A stretch of 63,883 bases of DNA, counting the filler, from Chiloscyllium plagiosum (lineage: Eukaryota), in assembly GCF_004010195.1 (NCBI RefSeq). It is 4 parts of one record of this genome, joined end to end, with 100 filler letters (N's around TTAATTAATTAA, not from the genome) between each part and the next. Parts side by side here need not be neighbours in the genome. Positions count along the whole stretch, not along the records: positions 31,979 to 59,989 come from NC_057715.1; positions 60,090 to 63,883 come from NC_057715.1; 2 more parts are not named here. One strand, written 5' to 3'. Below the pieces are notes generated by a model. The model was not told where the DNA came from and searched no databases. It worked only from the letters and a program-made list of their open reading frames with translations. Positions 51,184 to 62,642 of the stretch are shown here, in pieces (the first letter of the stretch is position 1; every line of letters starts with the position of its first letter). A program made the translations under genes and the position numbers.

Positions 51184-51600
51184 ATGCTCTGACCTGAAAA
51201 CCTCCATTATCAGAAAATCTTGAGACCATGTTTGGATTGTGATTGCAAGTGCAGCTTGGAGGATCATCGGTTGAGCTAAGCTGAGCTGCAGTTGGTGGAT
51301 CTTTGTGCTGGCTTTGGCCTGGTGCCAATTCAGTAACCAGTCAACCAGAGCTATGGCCTCTGCTAGTGCCCACATACCAAGCCAGGGGGCTGAAATACAG
51401 TCAGGATAACTGTGAAGAAGGTGAAGGAAGGATTGCTAGTCGATAGGACCTTCTTCATGAGGAGAATCCTCCTCGATTGCTGCAGATTCCAAGCAGCAGG
51501 TGTTTTCTGTCTGCAGGATTTCCCCAGCAGAGGCTGTTTCGATGTGACCTTCAGGAGCATGAAGCAATGTGAGCATCTCTTGAAGGCATTTCAGGAGAAA
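51184..51600 (+). mobile_element. Tx1/L1-type LINE 5' end: 5' UTR and ORF1 N-terminus (ZCCHC3-like), frameshifted and 3'-truncated
   Basis: ATG at 51353 gives MASASAHIPSQG, then after a frameshift NTVRITVKK...RTFFMRRILLDCC...VFCLQDFPSRGCFDVTFRS, resembling the ZCCHC3/Tx1 ORF1 pattern (R.F....IL......I......FDV[ST]FRS). Confidence 0.75.
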
Positions 51601-51982
51601 TATGATCCCGGCTGATCTTTTATCTCAACACCTTATTTCTGCTTTCCCTCCATACCTTCGGGCATGTTTAATATCTAAAATTTATTGAATGAAGATTCAA
51701 GGAAAAGGCAATCAGATTCTTAAATATCATGGAATTGTGTTTTGAAACCTTTAAACTTGTTCAATATGTAAATATTTTGGTTTATCCTATTTACCTTTAT
51801 TTCTTATGCATAATAAATTTTTGTTTTCTTGTTAAAACCCAATCTACAGCATTGTTTGTTTCTGTTCCATTCAAAGACTACCTCTTAAAATAAACAACAG
51901 AAAAAAACAAACTATGATCCAGCAAACCAGATTTCAGTCTGGTATCTGACGTGCCCAGTAATAACATCAGCTGTGATCATAA

Positions 51983-52678
51983 TGTAAGAAACGAAGCTCA
52001 CTCAATTCAATAATTTCAGTCTGAGACGAGATCTGAAGCAGTAGTATCGTTTATTATGCTCTTGCAAGAGGGGTGTGGTGTCTATTTACGAGGTAGTCAC
52101 ACATACACCATGTTTAATGAGTACACGATATTTATGTCGTTCGTTTTTCTTCCCTCCTCCCATTGCTCCTCCCCATTTACACTTCCCACTACTCTTGTTT
52201 ATCTCTGAACTCATCCAGCCTTGTCCGTGACAAAATGTTTATCTCTGGCCTCACAAGGCCGTTTGACCACATCCCTCTGTGGTCTTATCTGTTTCCCTTG
52301 CTTGCCAAAGCAACATTTCCTTTTATTCTTTGCCCATACTGGGCCTTATGACCTCTTGATTGTGTTTTGTTCTTGTTTTTGCAGAAATGGGAAATAGATG
52401 CTTATAACTAGTGTTTGTACAGGCATATCTAGCTTAACCCCCTCCCCTCACAGCACCTCATCTATTTGTCTGTAACATCTACCATTGTTTGCAGGCACAT
52501 TTCATTCTTGTATGCACATTTTAGCTAATACAAAAACAATTATATATTTCCTTCACATAGTTTTCATTCTTGTTAACTCAGCTCTTGGCTGAAACAATTA
52601 TACATTGGTGTGAGTTCCTTTACATTGCATAAGCAATTTATGATTGCAGAAGTAACACTGCTTTACCTATATCCCACA
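51983..52678 (-). mobile_element. ERV-type solo LTR (696 bp)
   Basis: TG...CA termini; perfect 4-bp TSD ATAA (51979-51982, 52679-52682); minus-strand AATAAA 52050-52055; both ends resemble the 846-1335 LTR. Confidence 0.8.
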
Positions 52679-52699
52679 ATAACAATATTACAAAATTGA

Positions 52700-53060
52700 T
52701 GAAGTCTGACAAGCCTCTTGAGATAGGCTGGCTTTCTGTACCCATCACTGTCTTATGCTGTTTTCAGACTTGAACTTCCACTTCTATCGAGATAACACTT
52801 CCCAGTGTGGGATCCTCTTTTGCTTGTAACATCTCTTAAAGAGTTGATCAGAAATTCTGACAATAATTCTTCTTCAAATTTGTTCTAGTGTAAATCATGA
52901 TAATCTCAAAATGCTGACAATGTGCAAAGATCATGAATACAGTTGTCAACAGATTCTCCAGTAATCTGCATTCTTCCATTAAATCTTGCTCTCTCTCTTA
53001 TACAATTGGCACTCAATGTAATTGTCAAATGGTCTTACACCTTTATCAAATTGGCATTTT
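52700..53060 (-). mobile_element. Gypsy gag remnant
   Basis: Minus strand ERARFNGRMQITGESVDNCIHDL matches the Gypsy Gag major-homology-like pattern (F..R.Q..GESV..FI..L). Confidence 0.7.
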
Positions 53061-53425
53061 AACATTTTGGAGTTTTAAATCATAATCATAATTGGACCTA
53101 TAGAGTGAAGAAATGTATATGTTTTTTTTTCTGTAATTTTGAAGCAATTTTGTATTACATGAAGCACCCAAAAACAGAACTTGCTGGAGAGACTCAGCAG
53201 TTGACTCCTTTGAAGAAGATTCGAGGAAGAAACAATCACATTCTTAAGAATGTGGAATTGAAGCCAAAGCTAAGTAAAACCCTGAAGAAGGATCACTGGA
53301 TTTGAAATGTTGACTAAGTATTTTTCACAGATACTGCCAGACCAGCTGAGTTTCTCCAGAAAGTTCTGTGTTTTGGGATTTCATATTGCAGCATCTGTAG
53401 TACTTTGTTTTATTCTGAATCACAT

Positions 53426-53737
53426 GACGGCACGGAGGCACAGTGGTTAGCACTGCTGCCTCACAGCGTCAGAGACCCGGGTTCAATTCCCGCCTCAGGC
53501 AAATGTCAATGTGGAGTTTGCACATTCTCCCTGTGTCTGCATGGGTTTCCTCCGGGTGCTCCGGTTTCCTCCCACAGTCCAAAAATGTGCAGGTTAGGTG
53601 AATTGGCCACGCTAAATTGCCCATAGTGTTAGGTGTAGGGGAATGGGTCTGGGTGGGCTGCTCTTCAGAGGGTCGGTGTGGACTTGTTGGGCCGAAGGGC
53701 CTGTTTCCATACTGTAAGTAATCTAATCTAATCTAAT
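53426..53737 (+). mobile_element. HE1-type V-SINE
   Basis: GGCACAGTGGTTAGCAC, B box GGTTCAATTCC, (TAATC)n tail. Confidence 0.92.
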
Positions 53738-53841
53738 TACATTGCGTACCAATTGTACAATAGAAAGGCCAAGATTTAATACATTCCAAACACATGTGCA
53801 TACTCCCCTCAGGATTCCCTTCAACAACCTGCCCACCACCG

Positions 53842-55883
53842 ACGTCAGGCTCACTGGCCTATAATTCCCTGGCTTGTACTTGCCACCTTTCTTAAACAGT
53901 GTTAGACCATGTTAGACAACTTCCAGTCTTCCGGCACCTCACCTGTGAGTATCGATGATACAAGTATCTCAGTAAGAGGCCCAGCAATCACTTCCTTATC
54001 TTTCCACAGAGTTCTAGGGTAGACGTGATCAGGTCCTGGGGATTTCTCCACTTTTATGTGTTTCAAGATATCCAGCACTTCCTCCTCTGTAATATGGACA
54101 TATTTCAAGATGTTACCATCTATTTCCCTACGTTCTGTATCTTCCATGTCCTGTTCCACAATAAGTACTGATGCAAAATACTTGTTTAGTATCTCCCCAT
54201 CTCCTGCGGCTCCACACAAAGGCAGCCTTGCTGATCTTTGAGGGGTCCTATTCTCTCCCTAGTTACCCTTTTGTCCTTAATGTATTTGTAAAAAATCTTT
54301 GGATTCTCCTTAATTCTATTTACCAAAGCTACCTCATGTCTCCTTTTTGCCCTCCTGATTTCTCTCTTAAGTATACTCCTACTGCCTTTATACTCTTCTA
54401 AGGATTCACTCAATCTATCCTGTCTATACCTGACATATGCTTCCTTCTTTTTCTTAACCAACCCCTCAATTTCTTTAGTCATCTAGCATTCCTTATACCT
54501 ACCAGCCTTTCCTTTCCCCCTAACAGGAATATAATTTCTCTGGACTCTCATTACCTCATTTCTGAAGGCTTCCCATTTTCCAGCTGTCCCTTTACCTGCA
54601 ACATCTGCCCCCAATCAGCTTTTGAAAGTTCTTGCCTAATACTGTCAAAATTGGCTTTTCTCCAATATAAAACTTCAACTTTTAGATCTGGTCTATCCTT
54701 TTCTATCACTATTTTAAAACTAATAGAATTATGGTTGCTGGCCCCAAAGTGCTTCCCACTGACACCTCAGTCACATGCCCTGCCTTATTTCCCAAGAGTA
54801 GGTCAAGTTTTGCACCTTCTCTAGTAGGTACATCCACGTACTGAATCAGAAAATTTTCTTGCACACACTTAACAAATTCCTCTCCATCTAAACCTTTAAC
54901 ACTATGACAGTCTCAGTTTATGTTTGGAAAGTTAAAATCCCTTACCGTAACCACCCTATTATTCTTACAGATAACTGAGATCATCTTACAATGTGTACAC
55001 ATTGAAACCAACAACATAGGAAGGGAATAGGTTGAGATTCTGAAAGGAGATTACAGACACTCAGGCAAGAACGTAAAAAAGAGGTCCTCAAAAGTAATAA
55101 TATCTGGATTACTCCCGGTCCTACAAGCTAATGAGGGCAGGAATCAGAGGATAGAGCAGATGAATGCATGGCTGAGGAGCATGGGAGAAGAATTCACATT
55201 TTAGGATCATCGAAAGCTCTTTTAGGATAGAAGTGACCTGTACAAGAAGGACAGATTGCACCTAAATTGGAAGGGGACTTATATACAAGCAGGGAGATTT
55301 GCTAGAGCTGCTCAGGAGGATTTAAACTAGTAAGGTAGGGGCATGGGACCCAGGGAGATAGTGAGGAAAGAGATCAATCTGAGACTAGTACATTTGAGAA
55401 CAGAAGCAAGTCAAACAGTCAGGGCAGGCAGGGACAAGGTAGGACTAATAAATTAAACTGCATTTATATCAATGCAAGGGGCCTAACAGGGAAGGCAGAT
55501 GAACTCAAGGCATGGTTAGGAATATGGGACTGGGATATCATAGCAATTACAGATACATGCTCAGGGATGGACAGTACTGGCAGCTTAATATTCCCAGGAC
55601 ACAAATGCTACAGGAAGGACAGAAAGGGAGGCAAGAGAGGAGGGGGAGTGTCGCTTTTGATAAGGGACAGCATTACAGCTGTACTGAGGGAGGATATTCT
55701 CAGAAATACATCCAGGGAAGTTATTTGGGTGAAACTGAGAAATAAGAAAGGGATGACCACCTTACTGGGATTGTATTATAGACCCCCTAATAGTTAGAGG
55801 GAAATTGAGAAACAAATTTGTAAGGAGATCTCCATTATCTGAAAGAATAATAAGGTGGTTATGGTAGGGGATTTTAACTTTCC
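53842..55883. mobile_element. CR1 LINE in two divergent blocks (53842-54992 minus; 54993-55883 plus)
   Basis: The plus block runs from the ORF1 esterase end to APE GDFNF. The minus block restarts ~65 nt earlier in the element and runs to YRPVSLTSVVG. Confidence 0.88.
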
Positions 55884-56384
55884 CCCTCTATTTTCACTTG
55901 ATTACTCAGTGGCAGCCTGGGATCCAGCAACAAACTTTGGCCTCAGGTGAATATCGTAGGAGCCAACAGCCACCAATTCTGTGCTTGAAGTGCCATTCAT
56001 TAGAGCTGCCAGCCACTGGCTAAGACGTCTAATGAGGCAGAACTTCAGTCCCCCATGGTTCTGGATCACCATTGGCCTACTAAGAACGTGGCTGGCACAT
56101 GATGTGATGCACCTTTCCAAAATGAGAAGACACAGACTCTCCATGTGGAGGTTAAGACCCCTTTTGCCTCTATAAGATTTCAACCTTTGATTTCAAGCAA
56201 TTTCCCACTGGGCATCGATTTCTGACTCAAAAACAAATCCAGCTCCTGTTTACTACACCATGATGAAAATTCAGCTCAAGGATTCGGAAATAAAGAGAAA
56301 AAAGAGAAGATGCACATGCTTGAAGCTGTGATAGGTGTGTTCACCTCAGCTCAAAGATTTTAATTTTGTCTCTGAGACTGAATA

Positions 56385-56745
56385 GCAGAGAATCAATCCA
56401 GAAACTGGAGAACTTTGATCCATAATCAAAGCCAGCATTTCAGTACAGTACCGAGGGAATGGCGTGCTGTTCCAAGTGCCATCTTTTGGATGAGATGTTA
56501 AACTGAAGCATTGTCTAATGTTCAAATGGGTCTCAAATGTCACTTAGCACTATTCGATAAATAACTGAACAACATTTATCAACAGCCAAAACCACCAACA
56601 TTGGTGCCTGTGAAATAATGTGTGCAAATTGTCTCTCATGCTTGTCTATTTTCAAATCATGATGACATTTTAAAAGTGTTTCACTAGCTGAGAAGTGCTT
56701 TGGGATATCGTGAGGACAGGAAGTTTGCTTTATAAATGAAAGTTA
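56385..56745 (+). mobile_element. Deu-domain SINE (AmnSINE1-like), decayed
   Basis: CAGTACCGAGGGAATG...GTGCCATCTTTTGGATGAGATGTTAAACTGA and the tail GCTTTGGGAT...GAGG...TATAAATGAAAG match the remembered DeuSINE consensus. Confidence 0.7.
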
Positions 56746-57354
56746 TTTTTTTGTTCACTTATCATAAAATCGTGTAATCTGGCTTAAAAGGTTTTATTTA
56801 CTCTTTAATTAAAGGATTATGTAACAGTTTGTACCAGAAATTTATGTTAAGTGTAGATAAAGTACCAAATTAACAAATAATTGTTTTAACACTAGTGTTA
56901 AGAATTGTTGCAGAATTGGAATATTTTAATATTAAATATTAAACTGATACATTGCTATTGTGCAATTAAACTAGTTGTGATTTAATAGTATTGTGATTGG
57001 TCTCATTGTAAGATCTATTTCATGTTATGTCAAGTTTGAAGCAAATAATATTTACAGTAATCGATACCGAAATAATGGCAGTAGTTACAGCAGATCACAA
57101 TTCATTAGCATTTACTTCTTAAAAGCTCAAATATTTTGAACCCAGTAGGTGAGCTAACACTGTTAGATTTTCATATTTTATTTAGTTTTCCCTTCCCCTT
57201 TAGCATGTACTATACTTTGAAAGATGTGGAGACTTCCTACTTCCAGTTTCCCAATAAGTCTTCTCTGAAAAGTTCCTCACGAGAGAAATTCAAAAATCTC
57301 TGAGCTCTTTTTTAAGAAGGGTTTGCTGTTATGAATTGAGTTACAGTCATTCTA

Positions 57355-58985
57355 AAGCGAATGCACTACTTCCAGTTACCAACACTTACCAATAAGTGGC
57401 AATAGACCCAACCCCACAACGAGAGAACCAAATCACAGCCTTACTCAAAAACCTTCAGAAATCTAGAGAAATAAATAAGACCGACTTCCAAAAAATGAAA
57501 CCAGGTGGATTCAACAAACCACGCTTCTATGGATTACCCAAAATTCACAAACCAGGAGCCCCCCTCAGACCCATAGTCTCGCTACCTGGAACACCAATTT
57601 AAGATTAGCCAAGGAGCTACACCAAAGACTAAAATACTTAGTAGAAAACTCACGCCACTCCATCCACTTCACGCAAGAATTCCTGAAGACCATCAAAGAC
57701 ACTAAGATAGAGGAGGATGAAATAATGGTCTCCTTTGATGTATCAGCCCTGTTTACATCAATCAACATTAACCTGGCTAAGGAAACACTGACTACGCTAT
57801 TAGAAGACCCAAAGACACAGACACCAAACACCACTAACTTCATCAGCAAGGACAGTATCGTCAAGCTACTGGACCTATGCCTTACCACATACTTCACCTT
57901 CAACAACAAAACCTACAAACTAACGGGACACCCATGGGATCTCCAATATCAGGGTTCTTCGCAGAGGCAGTAATGCAGAGACTCGAACAAACAGCTCTGC
58001 CAACCATCCAACCCAAGTTTGGGTCCGCTACGTGGATGAACCTTTGTCATCACTGAACGAAATAAATTAGAGGAAACCTTCAAGACCATCAATAATACTC
58101 TTATTGGCAATAAATTCACTAAAGAGGAGGAAAACAACAACAAACTGCCATTCCTAGATGTCACAGTAGAGTGAACAGCCAATTGGCAACTTCAAACCAG
58201 CGTCTACAGGAAAACAACACACATGGACCAAATATTGACTACAGAAGTAATCATCCCAACATCGACAAATTAAGCTGCATCAGAACATTATTTCAATGAG
58301 CCAACACACAGCAGCACAGAGGAACTACGCAGAGCAGAGGAAAATCACCTATACTGTGTATTCAAAAAGAATGGGTACCCAATGAACACAGTCCGCCGAT
58401 TTCTCAGCAACAAACCCAAACAAGCAGACAAAACAAGTCCAGAAATCTAGCCACTCTCCCCTACATCAAAGAAATGACTGCCAGACAACTCAGACCCCGT
58501 GGCATCATGGTAGCCCACAAACCCACCAATACACTAAACAGCAGCTAATGAACTGGAAAGACCCTACACAGACAACAAGCAAAACTAATGTCATTTACAA
58601 AGTATCGTGCAGGAACTGTAACAAACACTACATTGTACAAACAGGCAGAAAACGAGCCACCAGAGTGCATGAACACCAACTAGCCACAAAACGACATGAC
58701 CCTCTCTCACTAGCATCCTTACATATAGATAAGGAAGGACACCACTTCGACTAGGAGAAAGCATCCATCTTGGGACAAGCCAAACTGAGACACTCACGAG
58801 AATTCCTAGAAACATGATATTCCAACCGGAACTCTATCAACAAACACATCAAGTTAGACCCCATCTTCCACCCCCTGAGAAAAAGAACAGCAAATGACAT
58901 CACCACAGGAAATGACATCACCAGCCCAAAGAAGCCCAAACATATAAATAGAAAGCAGGAATCATGTACACTGCTTCGCCTGAGG
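57355..58985 (+). mobile_element. Penelope-like element (family A) RT + GIY-YIG endonuclease, disrupted
   Basis: YGLPKIHKPGAPLRPIVS, MVSFDVSALFTSI, GTPMGSPIS, RYVD, LPFLDV, NVIYKVSCRNCNKHYI.QTGR. Confidence 0.95.
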
Positions 58986-58989
58986 CCTA

Positions 58990-59989
58990 CCACACTCTGG
59001 GTTCCTCAACTGTTCCAGAATCTTCCATCGGCGTCCGAAATCACTCAGGCGCCATTACCCATGCGGCCGCTGCAGCGCCTCCGGCAGCAAACGCCGCCGC
59101 GAACCGTGATGTCACTTCCGCCCCCACCGAACTTGCAGCCTCTGCGATTGCCGCCCAGACAGCTGCCTCCACGATCGCCAGGAAGACCATTGCCGACAGA
59201 TTCGCGGCCTCCGCGGGGTCCACAGCTATCGGGAACAACACCATTTCTGCCGTCGCCACAGCCACTTCCGCCCTCTGGGTTGACGTCACCACAGCCACTT
59301 CCGCCCCCAGTGACATCACTCACCTGCACAACGGCCACACCACATGCGTCTCCGCCCCCACGCCAATCTCCGTCACCACGCCTAACCCCGCCCCCACTCC
59401 CAGCTCCAGTCCCACACCAGGTCCTAGCGCCCAGCCCTGCCGTGTTTTCACCTTCCCTCCAGAACTACCCCTCTCTGAGGATGAAAGATCGGCAGAGGCC
59501 TCACCTTCATTCCCCTACGCTCTCAGATTAACGAGTTCAACACGCTGCGAGACATCGAACAATTCTTCCGTCGCCTTCGCCTCCGCACCTACTTCTTCAA
59601 CCAGGATTCTCGCCCACCCTCTGACGACCCCTTCTCCCGCCTCCAACGCACCCCATCCACCTGGCCTCTTACCTGCCCTCGATCTCTTCATAGCCAACTG
59701 CCGCCGCGATATTAACCACCTCAACCTCTCCACCCCTCTCACCCACTCCAACCTCTCACCCTCGGAACGTGCAGCCCTCCAATCCCTCCGTTCAAACCCC
59801 AACTTCACTATCAAACCGGCAGACAAGGGAGGCGTGGTAGTAGTTTGGCGCACCGACCTTTACCCCGCTGAGGCTAAATGCCAGCTCGCAGACACCTCCT
59901 CCTACTGCCCCCTTGACCATGACCCCACCTCCCACCACCAAACCATTATTCCCCAGACCCTCCCATAACCTCATCACCTCAGGGGATCT
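58990..59989 (+). mobile_element. Penelope-like element (Neptune-type) ORF N-terminal region, cut by gap
   Basis: Ala/Thr/Pro-rich linker, then CRVFTFPPELPLSEDERS and NLSPSERAALQSLRSNPNFTIKPADKGG. Confidence 0.9.
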
Positions 59990-60089
59990 NNNNNNNNNNN
60001 NNNNNNNNNNNNNNNNNNNNNNNNNNNNNNNNNTTAATTAATTAANNNNNNNNNNNNNNNNNNNNNNNNNNNNNNNNNNNNNNNNNNNN
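59990..60089. other. Assembly gap with artificial TTAATTAATTAA linker
   Basis: 44 N + linker (60034-60045) + 44 N. Confidence 0.97.
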
Positions 60090-60525
60090 ACAGAGGGGGA
60101 GAGATGGGAGGAGGGGAGAATAGAGAGAGAGAGAGGGGGATAGGGAGTGAATGAGGAAGGAAGCCAGAGAGAGAGAGAGAAAGAGAGAGGGGAGAGACAG
60201 AGGCAGGGGTTGGACAGAGTTAAGGACAGTAAACAATGACCAACGAGAGGGATAAATCCAAACAGACAAATCCCAGTTTGTTCCTTTTTACAAACGGGAG
60301 AGAGAGAGAGAGAGAGAGAGAACCGGGACTGAAATGTACAATCCCAGGCAGAGACGGACAGAGACTGTGGTTTCTTCCCAGGAGCGGTGAAACCAAACAA
60401 GGTTTATTTCTGTTACAATTATCTTTCTAAAAAAAAAACAGATAAATATGTGGGGAAACCAGAGAACAAAACGTGGATGTCTCTGTAAATGTTGAGGGAA
60501 AGGAGAGAGAGAGAGAGAGAGAGAT
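60090..60525. repeat. (GA)n microsatellites and purine-rich low-complexity tract
   Basis: GA runs at ~60121, 60165, 60298 and 60503. Confidence 0.9.
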
Positions 60526-60964
60526 ATTGGTTGGGGACAAGCATCTAAAATTCTGCATTGATGCAGCTGTGTTGGGGATTTGGGCTATTTTCATATTTTA
60601 CTGCGTGGAAAGAAAATAAGTTGTTTTAAAAACAAAAGGAATGCAATTTGATTTATTTATGGTATGTGCGTGAGAGAGAGGGAGGTGGTAGGGAACCCTA
60701 TGTTTTAACCCTTTTAAAATCCTATCAAGGAGGCAGGGTTTGGGGCGATTTGAGAGGGAGACCGGGAACAGTGCAAAGTCATCCTGGATTTCCCCCGTTT
60801 AATTCAGAAAGGGTGTTTTCTTTATAAATGTAAGGTTTTTTTTTTAAAAAAAAGATCCTCGACCTATTTTCTCAGCAACTCACCGCCATCTCTCGCCCAC
60901 AGACAAATTACATTGAACAGAAATTAGCAATGTGTTGGTTTTAAATCTGAAACAAATTCTGTCG

Positions 60965-62642
60965 ATTGACCTCCCAGACAGCACTGAGGAAAATGTTTCG
61001 TTTTTTAAAAAATTGCATAAAAATTTATGTAGGTTTACCCTCCTAATCTGCGCTGAGAAAATATTTAACTTTTAAATTTAGATGATCATATTTCTTAAAA
61101 ACTTAGATTTACCCTCAACTGCACTTTTTTAAACTGCACTATTTAATATAAAAATATAGATTTGCCCCCCTCAGCCGCACTAAGGGGAAAAGTTTAAATT
61201 TAAAATGAGATATTTATATATGAAAGAAAGATTTTACTCTCAAAACTGCACTGAAGGTAGAGTTTATTTTTTAGAACTAAAGATACATATAAAAAGATGT
61301 ACAGATTTCCCCTTCTCAGGCTGTGCTGAAGGAAAAAGTTTATTGTTTTAAAATTAGTGATTTATTTAAAAATTAATGTAGATTTACCCTGCTAAACTGT
61401 ACTGAAGGAAAAGTTAATTTTTCTAAAATTAGAGATTTATGTAAAAAAAAAGATTTACCCTCATCAATTGTACTGAAGAAAAGTTTAATTTTTAAAATTA
61501 GTGCTTTATATCATTAAGAAAATAGATTTCCCTCTAAACTGCACTGATGGTAAAGTTTACTTTATAAAATTAGAGGTCTTTATGAAAAAATGTTTAATTT
61601 GTCAAATTAGAAAGTTATTTATAGATAGATAGATAGATCTACCCTCCTCAACTGTACTGAAGAAAGTGTTTAATTCTTAAACTTCATGATTTATATGAAA
61701 AAAAATTATCCTCTAAACTGCACTGGAGGTAAAGTTTATTTTGTAAAATTAGAGATCTTTATGAAAAAAATTAACATTGCACTAAATAAGTTTAATTTTT
61801 AAAATTAGAGATTTGTATAAATATATAGATATATCTACCCTCCTCAACTGTCCTGAAGAAAATGCTTAATTCTCAAAATTGGTGATTTCTATTTAAAAAA
61901 TTACTTTCTAAACTGCACTGATGGTAAAGTTTATTTTAAAAAGCTTTACGTATAGATTTTATATAGATTTACCCTCTTCAATCATACCGAAGAAAGTGTT
62001 TAATTCTTAAAATTAATTATTGATATTAAAAATTACCCTCCAAACTGCACTGACAGTAAAAGTTTATTTTTTAGAATTAAAGAGATATATGAAAAGTTTT
62101 ATAGATTTACCCCCCTCAGCTGTGCTGAAAAAATGTTTATGTTTTGAAATTTAAGGATTAAATAAAAATTGTATAGATTTGCCCTACTTCACTACATTGT
62201 CGAAAATTTGTTTTTTTTTAAAACAATAGTGATTTATATAAAAATAATGTGGATTTACCCTCCTAAACTGTACCGATGAAATAAGTTTAAATTTAAAAGT
62301 AGAGATTTTTAAATTAAAAAGACTTTTACCTCTCAACTGCATTGAAGGCAAAATTAATTTTTAAAATTAGAGATTTATGTGAAAAATTTACCCTCCTCCA
62401 TTGCACTGAAAGACAACTTTAATTTTTAAAGTTAAAAATCACACAACACCAGGTTATAGTCCAACAGGTTTAATTGGAAGCACACTAGCTTTCGGAGCGA
62501 CGCTCCTTAATTTTTAAAATTAGTGATTTATACAATAAAAATTAACTCTCTAAACTGCACTGACGGTAAAGTGTAATTTTTGAAATTAAACATTTATGTG
62601 AGAAATTATATAGGTTTTCCCTCCTCAGCTGCTTCTGAAGGG
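60965..62642. repeat. Degenerate AT-rich minisatellite, ~70-bp unit, about 23 copies
   Basis: Recurring AGATTTACCCTC(C)T(C/A)AACTG(C/T)ACTGAAG..AAGTTTAATTTTTAAAATTAG.GATTTAT. Confidence 0.9.
62431..62506 (-). mobile_element. 76-bp PLE family C terminal fragment
   Basis: Matches 21153-21228 except for one substitution; 12-bp TSD TTAATTTTTAAA at 62419-62430 and 62507-62518. Confidence 0.9.

Larger units (their letters stand above)
47465..52684 (+). mobile_element. Probable decayed LTR retrotransposon (A-rich internal region plus 3' LTR 51089-52684) hosting later insertions
   Basis: PPT-like AAACAGGGGAA (51078-51088) followed by TG; AATAAA 51812-51817; terminus GATCATAACA is restored when the ERV LTR is removed. 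No recognisable protein motif in the internal part and no 5' LTR found. Confidence 0.4.

Noticed and set aside
51412..51615. Host ZCCHC3 gene
   Set aside because: Frameshifted, truncated and embedded among TEs; better explained as a LINE ORF1.
58964..59968. Longest ORF (334 aa, Ala/Thr/Pro-rich) as a novel mucin-like gene
   Set aside because: It is a chimeric read-through from one PLE end into the frameshifted N-terminal region of a Neptune-type PLE ORF (IKPADKGG).
60965..62642. Regularly spaced conserved cores as a CRISPR-like array
   Set aside because: Intervening segments are homologous to each other, so this is a degenerate minisatellite.
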